A stretch of DNA of 64,000 bases, from positions 248,001 through 312,000 of the forward strand of contig JBLDXI010000003.1 of NCBI GenBank assembly GCA_047495785.1, given 5' to 3'. Both the position numbers and the translations under genes were made by a program. This document shows, in pieces, positions 34,101-45,100 of this stretch (position 1 is the first letter of the stretch; every line of letters begins with the position of its first letter). The notes beneath the pieces are model-generated. The model saw only the letters and a list, made by a program, of their open reading frames with translations. It ran no database searches and had not been told where the DNA came from. This stretch comes from Lepidodermella squamata. Taxonomy: Eukaryota; Animalia; Gastrotricha.

Positions 34101-36630
34101 GATGTTCCTCGAGTTTTTGTGCCATTTTCGCGCAGTCTGTGTGAAAAATGCTATATTTTTGAGCCATCTCCCTGCGCTTCCACGGAATTACACGGAGTTG
34201 TGAGTCTGGCTGATTTCGCCGGAAACGCTGGAAAAACTTGTCTTGACTTGCTTTTCTCGGCTGAATCTTCTTACATGAGTTACAACGGCGAAATGTCGTT
34301 GGAAACTTAAGTTTGACGATTCAGCTGGGAGAAGCAAGTCAAGACAGGTTTTTCCAGCGTTTCCGGCGAAATCAGCCAGACTCACAACTCCGTGTAATTC
34401 CGTGGAAGCGCAGGGCGAACGGCGGCCAATTATGGTCTAAATGTAAATTCGTGTGAGCTGAATCAATAAAATGATCATGTAAATTCATAGGACTCGTTAC
34501 CATTTCTCCCTCATTTTACAGCAAAATACACGGACGTGTTTTCACCCCATTTACACGAGTTTACAACATGAAACTTTTTAGTCCGGGTGGTTTACTGTAT
34601 TCTATATCAAAAGTTTAAATATGTTTTTTGCAGCAATTTGCGATCCAGCCTGCGATAACGGATACTGCAGAGCGCCTAACACCTGCAGTTGCCATGATGG
34701 TTGGAAGGGCAATTCAGTTTGCAGCAAACGTAAGCTCGCAAATGTTACTATTGGCTCACTTTTTTCCCATCGCTATTCTTTCAAGCGACCTGCGCGCAGC
34801 CGTGTTTAAATGGAGGCTCCTGCACATGGGCACATACCTGCACTTGTATGGGAGGCTGGTTTGGAGAAAGCTGCGACTCAGTAGGTTTTATGACATCGTT
34901 TCCGGGGATTTCCTAAAATTCGTGTCCTATCAGTAACATACAGGCAGACGGGAGTCTCACTTCAAATTCTCAGGAGGATGAAATATGAGAATATAAATAT
35001 TTTTTAACAATTTTACTGCCGAAAATAAACTGCGAGATCCCCTGGCGTTCGAAAATTTCTGAAAAACGCAAGGGTCCCCCCCTGTTGATTTTCAAATTTT
35101 GGTCTTAAAATGCTCGATTTACCCCCTCAGAGCTGGATCTAGTCGGAACCCTGTGTAGATCCAAATACTGGGTCTGTCAAAATGTCCTTTTTCGGGTCAA
35201 AGATGCGTCGCAGGGCAAAATGCCTGACGGCAAAGTGTAGGCCGTGACCCGGCGGTTCTTTTGACACCAAAATTGGAGACACAAGGTCTGGGCAGGTTTT
35301 TGAAGATGAATGTGAAATAACGAAAGTTTGGATTAGAGCCAAAAATCAGACCCAAGAATTGGACCTAATTATTAGACCCAGATTATGGCGCAACAATCAA
35401 AATTGCCGGAAAATGTGTAAATTTTACTATTTTTACAAGTTGTTTTCTGTGCGTTCCTTGAAGTATTTAGCCCCAAGTTTGGTGTCAAAAGAACCGCCGA
35501 CCGTGGCCTACACTTTGCCGTCAGGCATTTTGCCCTGCGACGCATCTTTGACCCGAAAAAGGACATTTTGACAGACCCAGGATTTGGATCTAAATATCGA
35601 ATCTCGCAGTCTATTTTCGGCAGTACACATGTTAATGGGGTTAAGCCAATCCGGAGATATTTGGCCAAGCCGTGTAAAATACCGAAAATGACCGAGCCAG
35701 CCACTATCGGGTTTTTCTTAAATTTTCGGTATATTTGGGGTGAAGAATGGAAATTTCTCCCGCTAGGCTTCGAAAAATATCTACTTTAGTACAAAAAGTA
35801 AATTCTTTATGTCTAAACTTTCCCGTCGATTTCAGTTCGATGAAAAGCTCGAAATGTACAGGTGGCTTGGACAAGCATGTGAGGACGCCAACGTCGAAGC
35901 TGTGCGTCGAATGATCACCGAGATCGACACGGCGAGTGGAGGAAAATTCGACCCGAACTGGATCGACCCTAACCTATACACCAACTGTACATTCAAGATT
36001 AGGAACGCCACGTTACTGCATCGCGTCGTCAATTGCAAGAACGCGTCCGATGATCGGCTTGAAATCGTCCGGCTGTTGCTCGATCGCGGCGCAGACATCG
36101 ACACTAAGGAGGGCGACTCGAAGCGCACGATTTTGTACATTGCGGCCGGGAACAACTTAACGGCCATAGTTCGGTTGCTTCTCGACCGTGGAGCGAATTT
36201 AAGTCTCTGGAGTTTTCAAAACCTTTCGCCAATGGGGATAGCAGCGGAAAGAGGATCCACAGGCGTTGTTGCTTTGCTGCTCGATTACGGCGTGGATATA
36301 AACGGTGAAGTAGGCGAGCTCGAGAATACAGCGCTTCATATAGCGGCTATGAACAACCAAACGGCTGTTGCGAGGTTGCTGCTCGACCGAGGAGCAGACG
36401 TGAACAAGGAAGCGTTTTTCGGCTACACGCCACTTCATTCGGCATCTATGGATGGGCACCTCGACGTCATCAAGCTGCTTATCGATCGCGGTGCTAATAT
36501 CAACGCAGCGTCAGCCGACAATTCAGGACCTCTGGATTGGGCGAACTTTAAAAAGCATCCAGCTGTATCCGAATTCCTCAAATCGCGTGGTGCAACTTTG
36601 GCACCCTTCATTGCTACAGGAGCTAAGTGA
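22141..36630 (+). CDS. EGF-ankyrin gene B: signal peptide + 5 EGF + ~6 ankyrin repeats, 461 aa, with a ~10.3-kb TE-filled third intron
   Basis: Exons 22141-22312, 22453-22584, 24273-24368, 34634-34729, 34786-34880, 35836-36630. All GT-AG; phases 1,1,1,1,0; total 1386 nt, open. Same layout as gene A. Confidence 0.8.
23260..23660. repeat. Tandem ~178-bp repeat (~2.2 copies) inside a ccgtagt-rich element (~22910-23890)
   Basis: gttgtgacgcgtcaaaa...gccaattttcaatgccagggaatctttccttcgggttctaaccatgaca...agagatttcaagcccccgggcgccactgtttagc repeated. Confidence 0.8.
24589..27230. mobile_element. Non-autonomous hAT element
   Basis: TIRs cagtgcttctcaacct / aggttgagaagcaccg; 8-bp TSD cttgtaat / cctgtaat; gcgggccgc subterminal motifs. 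Confidence 0.85.
24868..26785. mobile_element. TA-flanked Tc1/mariner-type non-autonomous element nested in the hAT
   Basis: ~80-bp TIRs: TA|cagggagtccgtaaagtc...aaaatcgataatct / agattatcgattttt...gactttacggactccctg|TA. Confidence 0.85.
27560..28570 (-). mobile_element. 5'-truncated LINE (CR1/L2-group-like): C-terminal end of RT ORF2, 3' UTR and (TAAA)n tail
   Basis: ORF 27815-28567 has LGFIIDDKLTFKKQI...SHLNYG...KLQSTQDRTIRVI...WWNQLP; (ttta)n tail at 27562-27581. Confidence 0.88.
28968..29437. mobile_element. Nested MITE with repeated tattggcacata arms
   Basis: ~85-bp inverted arms at 28968-29054 and 29352-29437. Confidence 0.8.
30258..30700. mobile_element. Nested pogo-like MITE
   Basis: TA|ccgtattttacgaattat ... 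ataattcgtaaaatacgg|TA. Confidence 0.8.
31903..32836. mobile_element. Nested MITE
   Basis: gagggctgtgatcg / cgatcacagccctc termini. Confidence 0.65.
34170..34415. repeat. Near-perfect foldback (~100-bp arms, ~50-nt spacer)
   Basis: ccctgcgcttccacggaattacacggagttgtgagtctggctgatttcgccggaaacgctggaaaaac... is mirrored at 34318-34415. Confidence 0.85.
35156..35592. mobile_element. Foldback MITE in the EGF5-ANK intron of gene B
   Basis: ~115-bp inverted arms gatccaaat.ctgggtctgtcaaaatgtcctttttcgggtcaaagatgcgtcgcagggcaaaatgcctgacggcaaagtgtaggcc; TA flanks. Confidence 0.85.
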
Positions 36631-38299
36631 GAAATGCTGCGAATGCAGGCTCCATTTTTACACGTTACAACTCAGCCGCTATAAGCAACCGTCGGTTTAG
36701 CTGAAAGAAATGTGTATGGTACCACAAAGAAAATATTAGAACGCGTGAAATTCATTTTTTTAACTAAATACGGTTGAAATTATCGCTCGGTCCTCAACGC
36801 TTTTTCATGCGAAAACTCAATGTATGACTCGATTTTAATAGGTTTGGAGATTCAGTTTCAGTTTAGGAAAAGTTTCAGTTTAGATTTGTTTGGATTTGTA
36901 TAATGTCGAATCGAAGTATCCTCCGACGTACCCTGAGGAGCAAGTCCACGTTTTTTGCGAAATGCTGCTAAGTTCCAGTGAGAATCGCAGGAAACTGCCT
37001 GAAAACGCCGTTTACTGTCATTTTTCATTTTTTTCAAAAATTACTGTAGTTTTTGAGAAAAAACTGGGAGTTAAAGCTGGGAACCAGTCACTTCGCGAAA
37101 TTCACACAGTTTTTTCATGAAACTTGGGAAATTCGGCATTTCGCGACCCGAAGTTAACTGTCAGGTGAAATATTTCTTCGTCGCCACTAAAAAACTCGCG
37201 ATTTTTCTATATTTTCACTGCGAAGTGAGAAGTAGTGAACGAAAGTGAACGAAATTCGATGCCCCGACCTCTAGTTTTTATTGCGGAAAATTCCCTGCCT
37301 CCAAAAACTGCCATCTACCTATCCGGATCAAACTTTTTTATTTATCATGAAATTTCTCGTATTTTCCCGATTCTCCCTAATTTTTCCTAATTATTTACCT
37401 GGATCCTAAAAAAGCCGAATTGTTATCTTTTTCAGCCTGAACCATTAAGAATATAAGAATGTAAGAATGGCAGCAGAATGGCAGAATGTAAGAATGGCGA
37501 CGAGCAAGTGACTGCGCAGTAGAAACCATCTCTCACCAGGAAAACTCTCACTGCGATACCGCTGTCCAGCTCGGCAATAAACTAGACTTAGATAGCACAA
37601 TGTTTCGAAATCAATACAGATTTCATCATCAGGTGAATTGAGTTTGAAAGTAAACAGAGTTTTTCAGAAAAGATAAGTGGCCATTTTAAGATGGAAATTT
37701 TCAAAAGGTGAAATCAGCAACGACCAGGAAGTTCGTCATTGAAATCAAGGTACGAGCTCGTTGTGTGAATTCTCGGTGTAAGATAAGGTGCTAGTAGAAC
37801 CAGCATAACCGGCATAGCGCCAGTCACATAAAAAATCAACGCCTTGAATAGACACTTGAGTGACTCGAGTGACTGAGTGACTCGTTCGCAGCCATATTTG
37901 ACTCCATTGATTGAAAATGGTTTTTCCGAAAGTTTGCCGTTAACCCCAACTGCACTACAACCATACCAAAAAACATCTGAAGATCCTAAGATAATAAGTT
38001 TCACGCAGTTCTTCTGAAGACGAGGATTCTCGAAATCGCGCTTTCTTCGGCATCGGGAACAGTGCCAGTCAAAAAGACCGACATAACCAGCATCGCGACA
38101 GTCACATTGGAGTTCGATGTTTCGGAGAGACACGAGACACAATATCAGAAAAGCTGGAATTGCTTTTGATCCTCCTTCATTTGTTTTCTGCTTCTCCAAA
38201 TTTGTCTTTACTTCGTTTCAATTATTTAGTCTCTTAAATTTCTGCCCTGTTCATCTGTAGGAATATTTTGAAATATGTCTAAGCTAATGCTCGATGACG

Positions 38300-38494
38300 C
38301 ATGAGACGTACCAGGACGCCGGAGCTTGATAGAAAAGCGTAGTTTTTTGTGTTATCTTTCAATGAGCAAAAAAACCTATTTTCTGCCGAACTAGTGCATC
38401 AAATCAATGCGATCAGCTCATGAATAGTCCTGTACGTGACGCAGAGATTTTTGTTTAGGAGAATGCAAGCCCCGGCGTCCTGGTACGTCTCATG
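38300..38494. mobile_element. hAT-type MITE
   Basis: TIRs catgagacgtaccaggacgccgg / ccggcgtcctggtacgtctcatg with a perfect 8-bp TSD cgatgacg. Confidence 0.85.
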
Positions 38495-39289
38495 CGATGA
38501 CGATATTGAACAGGGCTGCAAGCACCAGAAATGGCGCATGGTATGCGCAGGAAATTGTCGGCGAAATTAGGCAATTTTTTCTGGGAAACTCATTTTAAAA
38601 CGATAGGAATTCGCTTGGAAATGAGTGCCAGGAAAACTAGAAAACTGCTAGGAAAACGTTAGAAAAACGAAGTGAAATGAGTTTATAATACAATAAATAA
38701 TCGATGCCAATAATCGATAATACCAATAATCGATATTTGAAAACCAATAATCAATAATTCACATTACATTTTCTGAAGACCGATACATGAAAACCGAGGC
38801 CACCAATAAATTCCTCGTGAAAAAAATACCCTAAGACATGTATCGTACTGCTAGAAAATTTGCATTTTTGAACAGGGTAATAAAAATGCGATAATTGCTT
38901 TATGGCCCCTAATTATCACCGCAGCCGTGTTAGAAAAAAAAATTCTGCAAAAGCCATTCAATTCGGGATAGGAAATTTAAGGGGGACATCGACATCAAAA
39001 ATACCGATTTACCGCAATTTTTTGATATTTTCAATTTCAAGTTTTCAAATTATCGTTGCCGACAAAAACCTCACAGCACATCGCAAGCATCCGGCCGCGG
39101 CGTCACCATAACAGCCTCATGAGTGTCGCCTCGGAAATCGACGCGAGCCCGCGACGATGACGCGCATCACCGCGGCGCAGCGACGTGTTACGTGACGCAG
39201 TCAGTCGCGGGTTACTGCTACCCGTTCGCCTTGCTGTCGAAGTGTCTCAGTGGGCGCACTCGCGCGTGACGACCGCGGCGTGTCGCGAT

Positions 39290-41354
39290 GCGTCGCGGCC
39301 GCTGTTGCCCGGCTCGCTCATCGCCACCGAGTGTCTGCGCACGCTGGCCGAGCACTGGGTAAAACCGCGGCCGGGCGATTACGACGACGCGTTCGATGAT
39401 GCGAATCTCGACGAGCCCATCGAACACGGCTCCAGTCGTATCGATTCGCAAAACCAGTCGAAGAAAAATCGGGCAAAAATCGAGAAAAATCAATCACCGT
39501 AGAAGTTACTGAATTTTGATTAAAATTGTATAATTAAAGTTTTAAGGAATTTTGGTTCAGAAAGAAGATCCAAGTTGGGCGGTTTGGAATTTTTTAAATT
39601 TCAAATGAAAAAAATCAACATGGCTTCAATTGAAATTCAAATAAATTTTTCAAAAATATTGAATTTTTATATTTCTTTCTCCGGTCGAAGAAATTCATTT
39701 TACTAAAAAATGTTGGGGCCTAAAAACTGCTTACAAAAAAATGACTCGAGAGCGAAGCTGACGCTTTTTTTGGGAATTTCCAAGTTGAAAATGGGCTTAA
39801 AATGCATAAAAAGTTTTTGGATTTATGGCAAACGCCCCTGGTTTTGTCGCTTTTCTTATCCGAATTGAAGCTGAGAAGTCACTCGTTGAATTGTTACTGA
39901 GCCAATTGGGATACAAACGAAATGTCTGAATGAAAAGTCACGGCTGGTTAGTTGAGTGCTTGATTGACGTCACAAAAAATATTCGTTATTTTTCCAATGT
40001 TTAAGCTTTCAATAATTATTTAGGAAATCAGGAGATGGGTATTCATTCTGCCATTATTCTGTTAACAAATACCTAAAGATGCACCGCTCGTTGTGTCGCA
40101 AGTTCGCGTCTCGACGTACCAGCAGTTTCTATTCATCCTCGAACAGCTATGTAATATGTAGGTAATAGATACACGCCAAATTTAGCCTACATTTTTAAAT
40201 TGTCACTAAATTTGAAATTTGCCTGATTTTTTATTGTTGATGAATAATATAAAAATTCAAAAATCAATCGGAGATTAATTTTATTATTTGAACTCTGAAC
40301 TATTATTTGATTTTATTATTTGAACTATTATTTATTTGAAAAAATTTGAAAATTGAACTTTAGCATTTTTTTAAATTCATTCACAATTTCAATTATTTGT
40401 TGATGGATGTTTTTTATTTAGTTTTTCTCTAGATTGCGAGTAGTAATTCCAGTGCCAATAACGAGCCTCGGATATTCAAGTTGTCCGACAACCCGGCCGA
40501 CGCGTGCCTCGCCGACGTCCTGCCCCCGCACTACCGCAGCTTCATCGAAGCCCTTCCGCTCGCCGACCTGTGTGCGCCCGGCGGCCAGCACGTGCCCGAA
40601 AGCTTCCTGCGACCCGACATGGTCACGGACTACTACTTCGCCTATCGCCTACGGCACCGGCGATTTGCAAATCGAGCAACAACGCACCCACACCTAGTAA
40701 GTTCGACATTTTTTTACTTCGACAAAACATCCAACTAAAAAAGATGAACTGGAAATATTTCATTGCAGACAAACTTCAAATTTCTCATAAAAATTCAAAT
40801 TTCAATTTGTTTACATTTTGAAAATTCAAATCGATTGAATAGTTTGAAATTGGCATTTGAATTTTTTTTAATTTGAAATTTGTGTTCCGTTTTTTCGACC
40901 CACTTGTTTTTTGAATATTTTTCAAAAGTTTTTTCAATCTCCAGGACGTGTCTGACGCGGTGCTTGTGGAGCCGCTGGAGGGCGACCTGAGCGCGGTGCA
41001 GGCGACGGCGATCCGCGACTACATCGTGACGTGCCCGCTGGTGGCCGGCGAGGTAAAGGACCGCGCCGTGCTGGGCCAGGAACTCGGAATTGCTCGGAAT
41101 TTCCAAGCTCCAAAATATGCGAACCTTAAGTATTTCATTATCAAGTGGCTAAATCAAAACTTGAAGCTAGAAAAAACAAATTTCACGTTTTTTTTTACGT
41201 AGATTTTGTGAATTCGTTACGGTTGGGCGCCCTCGACCGTGAGTTCCGCGCCCTGCCGCCGACGCTGCTGAAGAACATCATCTGCCACGCCGAGAAGCAC
41301 TTCGTCAGCCAGATGCCATCCTCATCACCGCCGCCGTCGTCATCTTATTCTTGA
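39290..41354 (+). pseudogene. KDM3/JMJD1-like JmjC histone demethylase fragments (duplication copy 1)
   Basis: Exon-like pieces 40433-40696 and 40945-41052 splice in phase 0 to IFKLSDNP...EALPL...SFLRPD...YFAY...ATTHPHL|DVSDAV (KDM3: LKLKDWP...PLPEY...FVRPDL...YNAY...GTTNLHLDVSDA). 41203-41354 gives DFV...EFRAL...LKNIICHAEK (KDM3 C-terminus). Upstream LLPGSLIATECL. Phase breaks and missing exons. Confidence 0.75.
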
Positions 41355-42192
41355 TTGTTGGCTTGAAACCAAACCTGAAACGCAGCTCAATCCGCGCCGG
41401 CGTATAAATGCTTGGAATGCAGAGCAAGACAGCGAGTATAATTATTCCGGAAACAACAAAACTGTGCATTTTATTAACAAATCATTATTTATGAAAAATT
41501 TATGATTTAAATTATTCGATAATCACACGATGATGGCGCGACATTGTCAATCATATTTCAATCAGTCGATTTTAATTTGCAACAAACAATTAAAGGTTTT
41601 ATTTTGACCTATTTATTAGTGAATCGAATCATTTATCTTTCATGGCTAACTTTCAGTTTGTCGAATTTTATGAGGATTAAAATTCAACAACTGACAATCG
41701 ATCGATCCATCATGGATCCTGCTCGATTCAAATTCAAATCGATCCTCTCACTTTTCAAATTTAAATTCGTAAATTTTCCCCACAAATATTTCTCGCAATA
41801 TTTTTTAACAAGCAGCAGCCAAATTAATTATCGAATCGGCCTCGAAACGAATTTGGGCTGCGCTGACGAGCGCTGTCAGCTAATTAATTATCTGCAATAA
41901 TTTATGCTAATAATTTCAGATTTGTTTCCACGTGCTCGATACGGTCGGCTATACGCCCTGGCTGAAAGTGGCGTTCTCGCAATCTTGATGGCTTCAAACT
42001 TAGTTCCGCTGTTTAGAACTACGTAAATAACTTGCTATTATCAACTATAAAATTCGGTCGAACAGCCGGTGTCGATCACAGATTCAGTGATAAATTCAAC
42101 ATCATCCTCAAAATAACAGCAATTTATTTTCTCTGCCAAAACTCGTTTCTGTGACTGTAAAATACAAGAATTGAATGCAAGCTAATTCAGTT

Positions 42193-45100
42193 TCACTCAG
42201 TTATCGCCTTCGTCAGGATTTCGATAATTTGTCGTTGTTCATTAGAATTCGTCTTAGATTCAAAATAAGGGTTTTTAGCCAAATCCAATGCAGTTTGTCC
42301 CTTCTTGTTCTTCAGGTTTGCTTTGGCTTTGAATTTATTCACAAGAAGATCAACAACAGCAGGTTGTGTCCAATAGGCAGCTCTCATCAGTGGTGCATTG
42401 CCATCCTCAGCTGCCGCGTTGACGTCGGCTTTGAACTTGCCCGCCAGCAGTTCCACGACGTCAGCTTTGCCATTCAAGGCGGCCGAGTGCAATGGCGTCT
42501 CGCCATTCGTAGCTGCCGCGTTGACGTCGGCTTTGAACTTGCCCGCCAGCAGTTCCACGACGTCAGCTTTGCCATTCGAGGCGGCCACGTGCAATGGCGT
42601 CTCGCCATTCGTAGCTGCCGCGTTGACGTCGGCTTTGAACTTGCCCGCCAGCAGTTCCACGACGTCAGCTTTGCCATTCAAGGCGGCCACGTGCAATGGC
42701 GTCCTGCCATACGTAGCTGCCGCGTTGACGTCGGCTTTGAACTTGCCCGCCAGCAGTTCCACGACGTCAGCTTTGCCATAACGGGCGGCCATGTGCAATG
42801 GCGTCCTGCCATCATTAGCTGCCGCGTTGACGTCGGCTTTGAACTTGCCCGCCAGCAGTTCCACGACGTCAGCTTTGCCATTACAGGCAGCCCAGTGCAA
42901 TGGCGTCCAGCCATACGTAGCTGCCGCGTTGACGTCGGCTTTGAACTTGCCCACCAGCAGTTCAACAATATCAACATGGCCATTTTCTGCTGCAGCGTGA
43001 AGTGCAGTTGCTTCTTTGCCATCCTCCCAACCGAATAACTTGGTTTCATAATATTTGCCGTTGACATCCAGTCCCAATCTGTCCTTGTATTGCAATAATT
43101 GAGACATTCTGGCTGCATCATTTTCAACTGCACATCGCACAAATTCCTGTATCAGCAATCACACCGGAAAAAAATCAATATAATTATCAATGTTTTGTTT
43201 AGAAAAAAGAGCAACCTTGATAGCTTCCTCTTGGTTTTTCGGGAGATCGACCGCCTAAATTATTTGGAAATAATTCAAAAAGGAATAACTCAACAGCCTA
43301 TGAAAACTCTACCGGGCTCGCAGCCTTCTGCTCGACTTTCTCCTGCGGTTTTGACGTCGACAACTCCTCTGTCCCTTTGTTCGGCTTGTCTGATTGAGGA
43401 GTGACCGGCTGTTTCGGTTGTTCTGGTTGCCTTTCGACTGCGATATCGCGGCGTAGAAATGCGTGACTCAGCGCTTGATCGATGGTCGGCCGGCTGCTGC
43501 TCTCCTTTTGCAACAGCGACATGATGAAGTCGCGGCACTCGGCCGAGTAGCCTCGAGAATTGTCAAATGGCCGCGGCGGTTTTCTGGTAGGAAAAACGGC
43601 ATAGCGTAATGAAAATGAGCTTTGAAATAGCTTCAAATTGAAACCTTCATTCGAAATGATATATTTTTTGCAATGCCCCAGAGCAATTTGCCAATCTATT
43701 TTTAGCATAAACTTGTTAATAACTGAATGATGGTCATTATTTTTTGCGTCTTCTTCAGCGTCGTATTCCACTTCTATGGCAATGATGGTAATGAATGAAT
43801 TTTATTGCTTTTGTAGCAAAAAATACGGCACGCGCCAAAACTTTGAGCCGATGTCGCAAAAAATGTGGTTTAGCACTGAATTATTTCGATTTTCAGAGTC
43901 GAGAAGTCGAGAATTTTCACTGCCACCGCGAAAACGCGTTAGTTCGGATTTTTTTGTAAAAATTTGATGCCTTGAAAATGCGATTTAATGGCGATTTGAG
44001 ACGATTTTTAAAATTCCCAAAATACTACAAGATCAACGTTTTGAGAATCAGCCTTGAAATAATGCCCTTTCAAGCTATTGGAGCAATTACACTTTTTTAC
44101 GTTTTCTTATTCATTCGAGGCGGAAAAAGACGAAGAATTGATTTTTTATTTTTTATGCCATTTATTCTATTTTAATTTTTTTATTATATTTCTATGCCGT
44201 ATTTGTTTTGCTACAAAAGCAATAAAATCCATTCATTATTATCATTACCTAAGGAGTGGAATACGACGACGTGGAAAAAATAATGACCACGTCAACAGGT
44301 TCATGCTATAAATAGGTTGGCTAACGCCTGTGGCAAATTGCTCTGAGAAAAGATGAATATAAAATGATTTTTATGACATCATCAGCCTCACAACCTAAAA
44401 CCCTTTCACTCCGGAATTTTTTTCAGTCGAGCAGAAAAATTTAAACATTTTGAATTTCCTGTAAATTAAGGAAGGAATCGGAAAATCGGCAACCACATGC
44501 TATTCCAAGGCGTGATGCGCTTTTTTCCAACGGTTACTGATTTCACTGAAATTTTCAATCCCGCTATTTTTTTTTAATATTATAGATTCATCCGAATGAA
44601 TTCATAGAAATCGTCAGGTGTCAGTTTTTCATGGAATTTCGAAAAAATGGAATGGGTAGTCAATTGGACCAAGCCGGACACGCCTGTAGTGTCATATGGA
44701 CCAGGAAAAATACCCAAGACATCGTTTTCCTCGATTGAAAAAAAATAAGAAAAAAGTGCATCGGTTTGAAATTTCAAAATTACTTAGTATTTCAAGAGGG
44801 GAAGAGATAGCTAAATTTGTCTATCGGACTCTTGTAATCAACATCCGAAGGTAGTATTTTGCCAATTATGATGGAAAAATTCGTTAAATTGATAGAACTG
44901 TAAAGTAGCTAAGTCGAAATTCCGAAACCGTCTTTCCCGCCGTGAAAGGGTTAAGATTTTTTATCGAAAATCAGCGAATTTCTTCTTATCAGCAACTTCT
45001 CAGCAACTCAGATAGATTTTCAACACTTTCTAATTTGCTATTTACTATGAATTTAATTGGAAAATTATCAACAATTTTTCACTTGCGAAAAGCTGCTAAC

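Larger units (their letters stand above)
28620..34587. mobile_element. ~6-kb TIR element with gtgtaaattc-type subterminal repeats, hosting nested MITEs
   Basis: Ends cccggacaaaaaagttt / aaactttttagtccggg. No intact transposase seen. Confidence 0.6.

Noticed and set aside
35620-35760. Sequence shared with 56330-56460
   Set aside because: A short dispersed repeat fragment with undefined ends; not informative
37714-38199. 161-aa minus-strand ORF, and similar ORFs at 14369-14788, 15099-15500 and 52792-53154
   Set aside because: No recognisable motif, splice context or paralog support; they lie in repeat-like DNA
42400-42960. Regularly spaced identical ~56-nt blocks with variable intervening sequence, resembling a CRISPR array
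   Set aside because: The 'spacers' are homologous to each other and in frame; this is a coding ankyrin repeat in a eukaryote, with no cas genes
42175-43038. Long plus-strand ORFs over the ankyrin arrays (also 57264-57905, 42398-42781)
   Set aside because: Antisense shadows of a stop-free 102-bp tandem repeat; the minus frame has clear ANK consensus and splices to the kinase
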